Positions 41,754 to 57,491 are shown, counted from the first letter of the stretch. The stretch: 64,000 nt of DNA from Eledone cirrhosa (GCA_964016885.1 OZ024741.1:278752001-278816000), one strand, 5' to 3'. A program made the numbers and translations. Notes: generated by a model from the sequence alone, not told the origin.

Positions 41754-42303
41754 CGAGGGGGCTTCAAAAGGTTCGTGGAAAAAATACATATCTAAAGATC
41801 ATATGCAGGGATTTTGATCTCAATGCACACGTACCGTCTCGTACTAACGTGACATCATATGTTCTAATATGAACCCTTAAAGGCTTGATGCAACGCGGCG
41901 CCGCACGTCGGAAGTCAGCACCCGCTCGAACAACATGGCCTGCATCAAAACACCAAATTCATGGTGAAGCTAGGGTGGAAGAGCAGCCGATCATTGACGA
42001 CCTGGAGCATGTTTATGGGGACAATGCCCCAAAGAAATCAACGACCTACAAATGGACAAGATGATTTAGAAGTGGAAGAGATGAGGTTTTAAAGATAATC
42101 TCCAGTTGAAGATGTAAAAAAAGCTGCTTTGACATAGTTTAAATCGCATGGCACTCAGTTTTACACAAATGGACTTAAAGGCTGGTATCAATACTTACAG
42201 AAGTGTATTGACCTAGACAGAGCATATGTTGAAAAATAAACATCATAACTTAAACCGTTTTTTCCAAATGTCCTTTTTTCATGAACCTTTTGAAGCACCC
42301 TGG
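41754..42303 (+). mobile_element. Internally deleted mariner (irritans/Hsmar2-like)
   Basis: TIRs CGAGGGGGCTTCAAAAGGTTCGTGGAAAAA / TTTTTTCATGAACCTTTTGAAGCACCCTGG; remnants KFMVKLGWK, VYGDNAPKKS, LQKCIDLDRAYVEK-stop. Confidence 0.85.
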
Positions 42304-42674
42304 TTGAACATACTGGTTGACTCATAAAAAACTTTTTTTTTAAATTTCAAATGTGCCCGTAGCAATGCAAATGATCATAACATCATTCGATAAATAAATT
42401 GAAGGTAAACGAATGCTAGCAAGTGGAAAGGGAATTAAATCGAAACCAGTAATTGACTCGTACTTTATTTTATCTGTCCCGAAACTATGAAGGGCTGAGT
42501 TGACTGCGGAGTGATTTGAACTCAGAATGTATAAAATACAGAACTAAAACACCAGAGTCTGACATTGCTAATCCACTTCCAATGCTATGGCTGCTATTGA
42601 TGATGATGATAATGATGATACTGATGATGAGGATAATGATGATGGTGATGATGATGGTGATGATGATGATGATG

Positions 42675-42705
<31 letters not shown>

Positions 42706-42942
42706 ATATTATGGGAAGAAGGAAGAGGGGAGGGGGCTAAAAGTAGTCACTATAGATAGAATAAAGAGTAAAAACAAAACACAAAAAATTGAACAGTAAA
42801 ATAGCATCAACATAGTTGAACTCGGACAAAATTATGTAGGTATATTATGGCTAAACTTATTGATTGATTATTGAATTCATACTGACAGTTCAAACGCCTT
42901 TTTAAGAGCGACTTAACCATGTCTGATAGAGATACTCGAAAG

Positions 42943-42988
<46 letters not shown>

Positions 42989-43118
42989 GTTATATATATA
43001 TAACATAAATATATATATATATATATATAAAACAAATGTATATACTGTACACACGAATGTATATATATATATATATATTTCCATATATGCACATACATAT
43101 ATGCGTGTGTGTATAAAC

Positions 43119-43152
<34 letters not shown>

Positions 43153-43209
43153 ATATATAGACACACACACACACAAATATATATAGATGTATATATGTGT
43201 GTGGGCATA

Positions 43210-43298
<89 letters not shown>

Positions 43299-43316
43299 TG
43301 GCCATAAGTCATATAT

Positions 43317-43350
<34 letters not shown>

Positions 43351-43351
43351 C

Positions 43352-43410
<59 letters not shown>

Positions 43411-43940
43411 GTGTGCGTGCGTGTGTATGTGTATGCATGTGTGATAGAATAGAATAGATAGATGTTATAGAAGGGATAAACGTGGAGTGAATGTGGTGGG
43501 GGAGAAAAAGAAAAAGTTGGTATACTCACACACATACATCCATATAACTAATGCATGCATACAGAGTCATACACCCACGCACACACACACACACACACAC
43601 ACACAACATACTCATACACACATGCAGCCTCAAAGCATATTTTAATGTGTCTAGTATATATATATTATGCACATCCACATCCACACAAATACACACGCAC
43701 ATATATATGTAAATATATACATATATATATATACGAGTGTGTGAATGTGTGCGTGCGTGTGTATGTGTGCGTGCATGTGTATGTGCGTGTGTGTGTGTGT
43801 GTAGGAATCTGAGACACAGAAAATAACTGCAATTACAGTCAGTTGCTATAAAATAGCTTATAAAAATAGGGTAAAGACCCCATGAGAGGGTCTTTACGCT
43901 AGCAACATTTTCCCGTCTCATATATATATATATATATATA

Positions 43941-44958
43941 AGAGGGTGTTAAAGTTTGCTTGAAGCATTGTGAAATGTGTAAAATACGTAGTTAAGAAAG
44001 CCACAACAATGTAGAGGGGAATCTCGAGGTAGGAAGTGAATGATATATAGGAGAAACAGGTGAAAGTGAAAATTGAGAGAGACAAAGATGAAAACAAAAC
44101 AAAGGTAGAAGGGTTACCGTAGGAGAGATTTAATCCCAATATTTCGGTCTCACGCCCATCAACGGGGGGAAAGTTCCAAAAGGGGGGGAACAGGCCAAGC
44201 GGAGAAAGTTGCGATGTCGTTAAGACAGGAATGCCGTTATGGGGAGAAAATTATTTAAAATTTAAACGAGGGAAAGAATGCGCGTGCGCGTGATAGGCTG
44301 TGGCAAAAGCTACTGACCAAATGGGTTAAATCAAGAGGGTGCGCTAGCGTGTGAAAGCCGTAAAATATGTGTGTGTAACTGTGTGTGTATAAGTGTAAGT
44401 GTGTATATGTGTGAGTGTGTGTGTGTGTGAAAGATAGTGGGCTGTAGAAGCTGGAAATCAAAGGGTGTGAAAGGTGGTAGGTTGTAAAACATGTGTGCGT
44501 GTATAAATATAGATGTGTGTGTGTAAGCGTATGGGTAAACATGTGTGTGTAACTGTGTGTGTATATGTGTGTGTGTGAAAGATAGTGGGCTGTAGAAGCT
44601 GGAAATCAAAGGGTGTGAAAGGTGGTAGGTTGCAAAAACATGTGTGCGTGTATAAATATAGATGTGTGTGTGTATGCGTATGGGTATGCATATACGTGCG
44701 TGTGTGTGAAGATAGCAGGCCGTAGGCTGTGAATGGTCACTATGGTTAAGTTAGCCATGTCAGCTCATTTCTCACAGCCCGGTTGTTAAGTGGGGGTCTG
44801 AGGTTCTTAATAACAAGTGCTTCCTTTATCCTTAAGGATCCGATGCTGCGTTCAGTCGCTAGGACTGTGACCAAGGGTCTACCCTGTGGGTTTCCGCATT
44901 TAAGGATGTGTTTACGGAAGGAAGATGCGTTGGTGTTGATATGTTCCTTGATACGAAC

Positions 44959-44961
<3 letters not shown>
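43941..44961 (-). mobile_element. 5'-truncated Penelope-like element (GIY-YIG end + pLTR)
   Basis: GIY-YIG C-terminal coding piece, HHR-like motif 44135-44169, (TA)n at both ends, internal ~126-bp duplication. Confidence 0.82.
44746..44961 (-). pseudogene. Penelope GIY-YIG endonuclease C-terminal fragment (no start codon; absent from ORF track)
   Basis: HVRIKEHINTNASSFRKHILKC...LRIKEALVIKNLRPPLNNR...-stop: RxxEH, H, E and PxLN motifs. Confidence 0.85.
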
Positions 44962-45025
<64 letters not shown>

Positions 45026-45026
45026 T

Positions 45027-45260
45027 ATATTGTTATACTTTGGGAGGGTCATGTTGCCAATAAGAATCACACGCACCAGTTGCATTCACTCCAATTTATT
45101 ATAAATTAAATTTATAAATTTAAGAATTTATAAATTGAATTTATAATAAATTGGAGTGAAAGCAACTGGTGCGTGTGTTTCTTATTGGCAACATGACCCT
45201 CCCAAAGCATAACAATATCGGTTTCAACACACGTTTTCAGATAAAGAATCTTGCTAAACA
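45027..45260. repeat. (TA)n-anchored palindrome (~190 bp)
   Basis: 45027-45120 inverted at 45125-45217; related tail at 50050-50090. Confidence 0.8.
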
Positions 45261-45589
45261 AATTCAGAAACGAAATATATATATATATATATATATATAT
45301 GAATTTTCATAAAATGTAGTATTCTCTGCGCGATAGGTAGGCGTAAACAGCTGAATACTATATGTATAGTAAAAGGTCGGGTTCAGATATAACCATATAT
45401 TGAACGAAGAGCAGGAGAGAAAGGCAGAAAGAGAGCCTAAAGCATGAGATGAGAAATGAGAGGGATACATATATATATATATAGAGAGAGAGACAGGAGA
45501 TGGAGGGAGGCGAGAGGAGAGAATAGGAGAAAAGCGGGAATGAAATCGATGGAGCAGAACTTTATATATATCATCATCACCATCATCAT

Positions 45590-46400
45590 CATTTTACGTC
45601 CACTTTTCCCTGCTTGCAAGGGTGGGACGGGTCCTATTCAGCACAGCATCTCTCCACTTGTCATGGTCCTTTGTCATATCCTCCGTGAGCTTCAGCAATC
45701 TGAAGTCTGCTCTCACCACCTCCGCCTATGCTTTTTGTGGTCTTCCTCTACTGTGTTTTTCTTCTACTGGGATTTCTTGGCACTGCTCTACCCAGCAGTC
45801 ATCCTCCATGCGCATCACATGTCCATACCATCTCAGTCTTCTCTCCCGCACACTACAACTTATCCCTCTTAAACACAGTTTCTCTCTCAACTCATCCATG
45901 CTTGGTCGTTCATTGACACTGCACATCCAACGGAGTATGCTTGCCTCATTTCTCTCCAGCCGTCGCATATCCTCTGCAGTTGTTGCCCATGTCTCACTAC
46001 CTTGCAGCATCTCACACAGGCATCATATAACCGGCCTTTTGTACACAGGGAGAAACCCTTCTTTGTCAGCAGAGGAAGCAGCTCCCTAAACCTCTTCCAA
46101 CCCGTCATTCTAGATACTATGGCCTCGGAACACCCTCCTCCCATGCTAATCTGATCACCTAGGTACCGGAAGCTATCAACCACTTCTATAGAACCCACTT
46201 GCATTTGAAAGATGTGTCTATCAATGCGACTTCTACTGTCTAATTTCCCTGTACATCTACTGCATACGTATTTCTCCCTAACTTTAGTTTGCCTGCTATC
46301 CCACTACATCTCTTGTGCACCCAGGACCTACATTGTATGCATTTTATAGAATTTATGCCAGTTCCTTTTCTGCATATCGAACATGGCTATTTCCCTGACG
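45590..46400 (-). mobile_element. 5'-truncated RTE-clade LINE
   Basis: EVVDSFRYLGDQI, GWKRFRELLPLL, GSETWA, RLRWYGHVMRM, RGRP; (ATG)n tail. Confidence 0.88.
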
Positions 46401-46779
46401 GTTATATATTCGTCATAACAACGATGATGATGATGATGATGATGATGATAATGAGGAGGAGGAGGAGGAGGAGGAGGAGGGGGAGGAGGATTGCTATCGT
46501 GATGATGATGGGGAAAGAAAATGATTACGTTGAAATGAGAAGAAGAAATGGCAGAAAGAGAACACAGAGTAAGTCACTATTTATATCAAATACAAACCAT
46601 AACTAATTTGCAAATGTGCATTAATTGCCAGTGTTAATTAATTAATATATGCACAAAGGAGTGTATAATGGAAACTTTATACAAATTCAATGTATTTACC
46701 TAGTGGAGGTGGGTAGATGTTACCGGCTAAATATAGTCGGAGTTTCCTCAACAAAGTTCCGTGGCTCTGATACTGTACT

Positions 46780-47860
46780 TAGTTATCTCGTTCAGTCCTC
46801 TTGCAGATCAGACAACAAGGAGTTCTGTGCCCAATCGCTTGTCTCTTTCCATATAATATTAAACTGTTTTAAATCTTCTTTGAAAATATCACAGCCTGTC
46901 GGTTTGGTCTCCTATTTTTTTAAAACTTCTTTTCTCTGACTATTCGTCGCTCTGGCATTCGGTATACATCTCTCGCAAGCCTCATTCTTTGTCTTGTCAC
47001 ATTTTCTTGCTGGCTACGGAACTTAGCCCTCCTCAGAACTTCATTGATAGTGGACCGGTGTCTGTGTGTGATCTTAAGTATACTGTGCAAACACCATTGA
47101 TCGAATACATCCAGCTTCCAAGCTGTCTTGATAGTCATCTCCCACGTTTCCTCTGCATAGATTGCTGTTTGGGATACAGAGAGATCTTCACGCAAGTACT
47201 GAACAAGGTGGCTTACCTATATGTTGCTCGTCCAATTCTAGAGCGGATACCTATTTCTGTATCTCCTCTTTTTGCAATAATTCTTTCTTTCTAACTTTAG
47301 CACAAGGCCAACAATTTGGGGCAAGGGGAATGTCGATGGCATCAATCCTGAAAAGACAAAGTTGACTTCGGTGGGATATGAACCCAGAACGCAGAAAGTC
47401 GTAACTAAATACCGCAAAATATTGTGTCCCATGCTCTACTGATTCTACCATTACATGACCGTCTTTCTGTTGCAATAATACTACCCAGATAATATGTGAA
47501 CTCAGCATGATATTCTGGCTACAGGTTCTTGTCTAAATACCTGCTCCAGCTAGTCAACTTGTGTGCAATGTCTTGTTTCTATCTTTAAGTGCCATATATA
47601 TCAACTGGAGGTGTTGTGTAACAACGAAACGCAGTGTACTTCAAGATCGATACTAAAGTGTGACATAGATGTCTTATATCACCTATCTGCTTCGTCTGGT
47701 CACTGACTAATTTCATTGTGTGGAGGGTCATGAATGAAACATGAGCAGGAATACAAGGGACTGTGGAGAGGCGTCATATATATCTCGACTTTGTTGGTGA
47801 CATTGCTCTCCTGGCAGAATCACGTTTAACATTTCAGCAGATGACCACCAGACCACCAGA
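46780..47860. mobile_element. Old RTE/RTE-X fragments with nested SINE (47280-47450)
   Basis: Minus YAEETW..LDVFDQWCL..IL; plus LDFVGDIALLAE (LDFADDI-like) near 47785. Confidence 0.6.
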
Positions 47861-48254
47861 TTAACAAAAAAGGATGGCCGGAGAGTCAGCAGTAGGTATA
47901 AGGACAATTTTTAAAATAACACACATACATACACCCACACATACATACACACACACACATACATACACACACACATACACACTCTCTCCTTCTCCCTCTC
48001 TCTCTCACACTCATATACTCTCTCTCTTTTACACACACACAACCAAATTCCACTCATAGGTATTGGTGAAACCGAGTCATGCATATCGCTTAAATAACCT
48101 CGGTCTCTTTCGTAAACTATGTATATATATATATATATATGTGTTGTGTGTGTGTGTGTGTGTGTGTGTAAAAGGTAAACAGAAATAACAACACAATCGG
48201 TACAGTATATGGAAGGGATATATTAGGTTAACGCTTGATATAGCAGGAAGAGGG

Positions 48255-48290
48255 TCTTAACGTTTCGGACGCTAGTCCTTCGTCAGAAGA
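48255..48290 (-). ncRNA. Minimal type I hammerhead ribozyme (PLE-type)
   Basis: UCUU-CUGACGA-A-GGAC-UAGC-GUCC-GAAAC-GUU-AAGA; palindromic AACGUU. Confidence 0.82.
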
Positions 48291-48413
48291 AAGAATGAGA
48301 AATAAGATAGATTGAGGGGACGGGCGGGTTGGAATTAGAAAAAATGTCTTTAGATAAAAATAACAGGTCCATTCATGTTGACATTTCTTATATATATACG
48401 CGCATGTACAAAT

Positions 48414-48466
<53 letters not shown>

Positions 48467-48971
48467 CAAGTGTGGGTCTATGCGTCCGTGTGTCTGTGCG
48501 TGTATTTACGTTTGTCAATGTACAAATGATGTTCATTTCAATGAAAAAGACAAAAACATCACTTATGAAATCTATTGGAGTGTAACCATCAACACGTTTA
48601 TTTACAAAGAACCAAAACTAAAAAAAAAAAAACCCCATGACGATTCTAATTATAAATACATGAGCGTAGGCTCATGTAAATACAATAGAACAGGTAATAT
48701 TGAACAACTGAATTGACTGTTGTTCTATAACTGTTGATATAAATATAGCAAGGTTTAAATAGACTTGAAACAAAACCTTTCTTCCACCATCGTATTAATA
48801 TCTCATAATATAATGAATACAATTATAGTAACAGTAATAATGTTGTTGTTTTTTAATTACCTAATACAAGGGAAAGGGAACATTCTGGTAATGCCTACAA
48901 CATTGATAGGATTTTCCAATATGGAAGGTTATTGCAGTTTGTGTTAATTTCGTTTTTTATGTATGTATAAC

Positions 48972-48999
<28 letters not shown>

Positions 49000-49006
<7 letters not shown>

Positions 49007-49490
49007 TATCCACGGTAAGTTGTGGGGTCCAGTCTGGATGAAGAACTCAATGTAATCCATATGTTGAAAATGTTGTAGGTTAAAATAAATCCCGGAAAAC
49101 AATAAAATATTAAAAGGAAAACAGAGTTAAAACAGAGTCATGATATAAGTTAAAACAATGAAATAAAAAAATCAAGTCATTAGAAATATACTTCACTGCT
49201 TTACGATCGTTTCTAGGTGATGATAATACATCGTAACTATACTTCGTTATCGATCTATGTACGGTTAGTTACATAATAACAGATAAAGAGAATATTTACT
49301 TACATGCATATCACCAGCTGTTGTGATATGCGTGCAAGTAAATATTCTCCTTATCTGATATTTTGTAACTAACCTTACATAGATCGATAACGAAGTATAG
49401 TTACGATGTATTATCATCACCTAGAAACGATCGTAAAGCAGTGAAGTATATTTCTAATGACTTGATTTTTTATTTCATTGTTTTAAGTTA
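49000..49490. mobile_element. (TA)n-flanked ~345-bp palindrome with HHR 3' half
   Basis: 49146-49314 inverted at 49323-49490; GAAACG-AU-CGUA-AAGC at 49424-49439. Confidence 0.7.
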
Positions 49491-50105
49491 TATATATATA
49501 TATATATATATATTATGTAATCAATAAAATGAGGTAAATTGCAGCCTACTAGCTCTTACTTCATTATTTTATATATATATATATATACATAAACAGAAAA
49601 TATGAATGGAATAACAACAACACCCAAACAAACAATACTGACTTAAGAGAAATATAAATAAATAAATAAATAAATAAATATATACACAAGCACAATAACA
49701 GCAAACACATATAACCACACACTAGTAAACTAAGATAGAAAACAATAATCGAAACATAGTCACCCAAACGCGAACACACACCATACACTATACACACACG
49801 CAACCGCATGCGCAGAGAAGAAGACAAAAATAAATCAATAAATAAATGAACATAATAGTACCACTGATGATGTTGCAAATGTGCAACGAAAGAACTTTGT
49901 TAGACTATATATATATCTATATTATATCTGTATTTTTGACCGTTGGTCAGTCAATGATAAACATTGAGGACCGAATGAATTAACTGTGGAGATATAAACG
50001 ATACAGAAGCGAAAACCAACCAAACAGTGAGTGTGTTTAGTTATTATTTCTGGCAATATTATTATGACCCTCCCCAAGTATAACAATATATGTATACATA
50101 TATAT

Positions 50106-50295
50106 TTGGGAGCCCCTACATGGACACACTAGAAGAGGAAGACCAAGGTTAACATATGTTGATGCCCTAAGGACAGACACTGGTCTGTTGGAGATGCAGG
50201 ATATGGCAGCGATAATGAGGGACAGAGACCGCTGGAGAGAGCTCGTCCATGGATCTCGGGAATTTTACCCGCCTTAGATAGATAGATAGATAGAT
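50106..50295 (+). mobile_element. 3' end of RTE-type LINE with (TAGA)n tail
   Basis: WEPLHGHTRRGRPRLTYVDAL...MRDRDRWRELV. Confidence 0.75.
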
Positions 50296-50385
50296 ATATT
50301 TGTATATATAGATATATTTATATACATAACTATAGTTATACATAGATATATGTGTGTGTGTATAATATATAAGTATCTATCTATC

Positions 50386-50740
50386 AATGTAATCTGAGTT
50401 TTTCGAATATTAATAATAACATTCGATTCGTTTGCAATTATGCAAACAAGCCTCAATTTTATAGCCAAGTCAATAGAATGAACACTTCATTCTTGCTCTT
50501 ATGTTGGCATGCAAGCGACATGGCTATAAAATTGAGGCTTGTTTGCATAATTGCAAACGAATCGAATGTTATTATTAATATTCGAAAAGGCAAAGTTAAC
50601 CTCAAATCCCGCCGAGGTTAACTTTGCCTTTCATCCTTACGGGGTCGATAAAATAAAGTACCAGTAATTTACTGTTTAATTGCTGGCCTTGTGTCAATGG
50701 TAGAAACAATTATTAATATTCGAAAAACTCAGATTACATT
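50386..50740. repeat. Palindrome with SINE inserted into right arm
   Basis: 50386-50467 inverted at 50521-50740; SINE 50589-50710 with TSD TATTAATATTCGAAAA. Confidence 0.8.
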
Positions 50741-51025
50741 TATTGTATTCAGCCATGTAGAGCGAAATTTTCTTTTTTATCTATCCATCTATATATATAT
50801 AAATGGCTTAGTGGCAAGGATATTTGGTTCACTATCGTAAGGTCGTCATTTCGATTCCTGGTGGCGTGTTGTGTCCTTCAGCAAGACACTATATTTCACG
50901 TTGCTCCAGTCTATTTAGCTGCTAAAAGTAAGTTGTACCTGTGTCACGTCGAATCTCCCTGATATATATATATATAGTAATAATAATAAATTTGAAGACT
51001 AAAATCCAATGAGGGATCGATAAGG

Positions 51026-51071
<46 letters not shown>

Positions 51072-51874
51072 GGAATAGAATGAAACGAAATTTCATTTCT
51101 CACTCTTAGTACGGCAGTTACTTAAATGTATGTATGTATGTATGTATACGTACATACATATTTGTTTACAAACAAACCGAACATTATAATAAATGTTCGG
51201 TACACCGATACGTGCATATATATATATATATGTGTGCATGTATGTATATATATACATACTACTGTACGTCTGTATACATATATGTATGTACGTATACATA
51301 CATACTTACACATACATATATATATAATACTTACACATACATATATATAATTGTTTCTACTTTTGGCACAAGGCCAGCAATTACTCAGTGCATTACTGGT
51401 ACTTTATTTTATCGACCCCGTAAGGATGAAAGGCAAAGTCAACCTCGGCGGGATTTGAACTCAGATCGTAAAAGGCACATACATATATATAATGGTAACT
51501 AGTAAGTGATAAATAATAAATAGTAATTAATTACTTGATGATACTATTAATAACTTAATAGTGACATTAATTATTTTAATCCTCTATCAGGCCAAATTTA
51601 AAATTTATATGTGTGTGTATGTGTATATACGTATATATATGTGTGAATGTATGTGTTTGTGTGTGTGTGTGTATGTATGCGTATGTATGTGTGTGCAAAT
51701 GTATGTATGTGTATGTATAGTATAGTTTACACGAGAGAGACATACGTACTTGCAGGTGTGTATATATATATATATATGTATATGTATATGTGTATATATA
51801 TATGTGTATGGATGCATATATATGTATATATGTATGTATGTATGTGTATATATGTATGTGTATGCGCGCGTGTG

Positions 51875-51931
<57 letters not shown>

Positions 51932-52063
51932 ATGTGTATGCGTGTGTGTGTGTATATTTGTGTGTTTGTGTTTTTCCTGTGTATATATGTATATATGTGT
52001 ATGTATGTGTGTGTGTGTGTGCGTATATGTATGTGTGTGTGTGTGTATGTGTATGCGCACACA

Positions 52064-52111
<48 letters not shown>

Positions 52112-53404
52112 CGTGTGAATGTGTGGGTGTGCACACACACACAAACATGTGTATGTGTGTGTGTATGTGTATGTAGGTATATATGTATGTGTGTGTGTAA
52201 GTGTTTTTGTATGTGGTTGTGAGTATGTAAATATATTTTATTCTTTCCATTCTACAAAAACACTCTGGCCACCTGTGGCTTGTATGTTAACTTGACCACT
52301 CACCCCAATCTGTGCCATGATTCGGTCTTGTTAAATGTTTAATTTCTATTACCAACCCACCTAAAAATTTCCCTACTATATATCTGTTGAATTACTATTC
52401 TTGGGGTTTTTATTTATTTATTTATTTTTTATTTATTTCTTTATTTATTATTTATTCATTTATCTATTTATTTATTCATTTATTTATTTATTTATTTATT
52501 TACTTATTTATTTATTTCAAAAAAGCACTCTGAACCTTCTGAAGACAGACTTAAGACTTTTCTATATATGTACACACACATATATATAAGTAAGTTTTTT
52601 TTAATATATCCTACACAGGTGAAAATATAGGAAAATGAAATTGGAATTTTTAAGAAGGTTTATTTACAAGAATTTATAACTTTAGCGGTTTCATATGTTT
52701 CTTGAAAAGTTAAGAGATATGGAGAGATATGTGGATATGCTAACTTGAAACTGATGTTGGGAAAAATGATAAATTATCGTAAATAAACCTTCTTAACGAC
52801 ACCAATTGCATTTTCAACTTCGTTTTCCTGTATATATATATATCCCGGCTTCAATTGGGTAACCACAGTAAGTAAGGTACTCAATACATAGCAGAGTATA
52901 CATATTTAATATAGAAATAGCTTCTACAGGAGATGATTTCTCCCGAATGAAACAGTTCTAGTCCTGTAGAAGCCATTTATATATATATATAAGGAAAAGA
53001 ATGACTTCACTTGTAGTCCTAAACAATTTGATTTACCTAACTGTACCAAGGATTTCACACATTTTTCAATATATTTATATATATATATATATACACACAT
53101 ATATATCTATATCTATAACAATGAAAATGTCTGGCTGTGTGTGTGTGTGTGTGTGTGTCTGTTACGCAGCAACTTTTGATCCTCAAGTCCGATTTTCAAA
53201 CTTTCTTTTGTAATCAAGCACAAATTTATCAGGGCAGGTCGGCACGACATTGCGAATGATCGACTCATCCCCCTTTGTCCAAGTAAAGAATCGATAAAAC
53301 TGACTATAGGTACGACTTTGCACAGAAAAAATCTCTATATCTATAAAAATGAAAAAGAGAGAGTGAGAGTGAAAGAAGCAGACAGACTAAAAGAGGGGGA
53401 TAGC

Positions 53405-53441
<37 letters not shown>

Positions 53442-53639
53442 GCTGCGTTTGATACATGACAGTGGAAAAGGGGCAGGAAAGCTATAACTAATTAACATGT
53501 GTGCGTGTGTGTCTGTGCGTGCGCGTGTGTGTGTTCGTGCAGCGTTCCAGTAAGAATTAAATCTATTAACATGTGTGTGTACGTGCACACGTGCGTGCGT
53601 GAGTTTGCGTGTGTTTGAGCGTTTGCGTGCGTGAGTGTG

Positions 53640-53703
<64 letters not shown>

Positions 53704-53704
53704 T

Positions 53705-55498
<1,794 letters not shown>

Positions 55499-56270
55499 TC
55501 AACACTGCGACACAAACTGTCTTCTAACAATCAAATACCTCGCTGCTTTCAATAATTACCAAATTGTAGACATACTGCCTTTTTGAAATTAATAACACCA
55601 TACATTTTCGACTGTAAACGTTGTGACCACTTTGAGCTGCACGGTATTGAAATGCACGTTCCCCTCTGGTTGGTTGAGCCAGTTTTCCATGGATTCACCA
55701 GCACGTGCAGCAGACGTTGATTCACATGGCTTTGCTGCCGCAGTTGACGCCGTGTTTCGGTTGATACAGCTCAAACAGCAGACGTTGACTCACAGTTCTT
55801 TGCTGCCGCAGTTGACGCTGTGTTTCGATTGATGCAGCTCGAGCTGCGGAAGTTGCCTCAGCATTTCTATGCCGCCGTAATGAACACTGTGGTTCGTTCT
55901 CTGCATCTCCTGCAATAGACGTTGCCTCAATATTTGCCAAACATCCCACATTATTGTCATAAATTCCATGTGACTCACTTTTGGGCTGGTGACTTCCTTG
56001 TGGCATAGTTCGCGTTTGGAGCTTCACCGCGTCAACGTCACACTTTTACACTCATTCACCTTTCATATGCCATAACATTTTACCGCTTTTACATCGAACA
56101 ACACAAACGTCTTATGGTTAAAAATAAATGTTTTGGGGGGGGGGTTCGTGCTACGTTGTTTTCTCTTTAAAAAAATTATTTACTAATGGTAGACTTACAC
56201 CCGGGAAACGCCGGGTATGGCTGCTAGTATATATATATTAAAATAACAGATTATAGTTTATATATATATA

Positions 56271-56807
56271 CGAGAATAATCCCAAAAGAAAGGTCTCCAA
56301 AGCGATGGGGACGCAGAGATATTGAAACTTTTCCGTTAAAATCCTGTGGATGATGATTCGGGAAACCAAAGGAACCAAAATGCAGATAGTGTGACCCGCC
56401 GATCTTTACGCATGTTTTCCTGAACCTTTGCGACTGTCATGTCGGAAATTGACGGTCTCCCGCTCCTTTGTTCGTCGGCAATTTCATTACGACCGGCTGT
56501 ACACTCTCTACACCATGCACGACTGTCCATACACTTCCGTCAATTGGCGATGAATTTCAATCGGTTCAACGCCTTTTGAGTTCAAAAACCGAATAACTGC
56601 GCAAACTTCACACTTGGCGGTAGCGTTCAACGGGAGCTCCATTCTCAACGGCTGCCAAGCCAAGATTGAGCATCCCAGCGAAGCGCGCGCATGCTTGTTT
56701 GGGAGTGAAGGAAGCACCAATCACAACAGTGTTGCCAACAGCCGTACGAACACAGTTTGTCTGCGTCCCCATCGCTTTGGAGACCTTACTTTTGGGAGAT
56801 TATCCTC

Positions 56808-56808
<1 letters not shown>
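56271..56808 (-). mobile_element. Internally deleted mariner in (TA)n
   Basis: ~47-bp TIRs (CGAGAATAATCCCAAAAGAAAGGTCTCCAAAGCGATGGGGACGCAGA and its near complement), TA flanks; AVIRFL..EIHRQLTEVYG..RSGRPS HTH region. Confidence 0.88.
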
Positions 56809-56849
<41 letters not shown>

Positions 56850-56851
<2 letters not shown>

Positions 56852-57046
56852 AGGAGAGAGTATGACCCCGACGGCAGAGCACAAGCCATTTCGACGGCTA
56901 TTTCTGGACGTCCTGAAATAGCCGTCGAAACAGCTTGAGCTCTGCCGTCGGGGGTCATACTCTCTCCTATTACCCACTCTACTACCCCAAGTATTGAGTA
57001 CTCTGGTGCGTTATGGTCCATCTGGTTCCTTACCACAACTCCTCCG

Positions 57047-57048
<2 letters not shown>
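56850..57048. mobile_element. (TA)n-flanked fold-back element, sister of 12227-12418
   Basis: Homologous, opposite orientation. Confidence 0.8.
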
Positions 57049-57084
<36 letters not shown>

Positions 57085-57334
57085 GATATTAAATAAATGG
57101 AAACTATATTTATAAAACCATATTTATTTCATTATATATATTTCAGGGATATCATATTAACAATATGTTATGCCTTCTTCAGACAAAATACAATATAGAC
57201 AGTTTTATAGATAAATAGATTTGACATACCGTTCAACATCGACTTGTATTTGAAAAAGTTGATTTGGCAAATCAACTTTTTATATCAGTTATAAATATTT
57301 ACTAGTTGTAACCCAACAATTTAAATATAACTTT

Positions 57335-57373
<39 letters not shown>

Positions 57374-57491
57374 TAACAGATTAAAGTTTAAGCAAAGAAT
57401 CTCTGCTTTCACCCTTAACGGGATCTTTTGATTTTATATATTTTGATATAAACATTATCCTTATCGAGCCCTCTTCGGATTTTAGTCTTCA

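Noticed and set aside
56236-57390. ~25-bp direct repeat ATTAAAATAACAGATTA.AGTTTA at 56237 and 57367 as a TSD
   Set aside because: Encloses several unrelated inserts and cannot be assigned to one element
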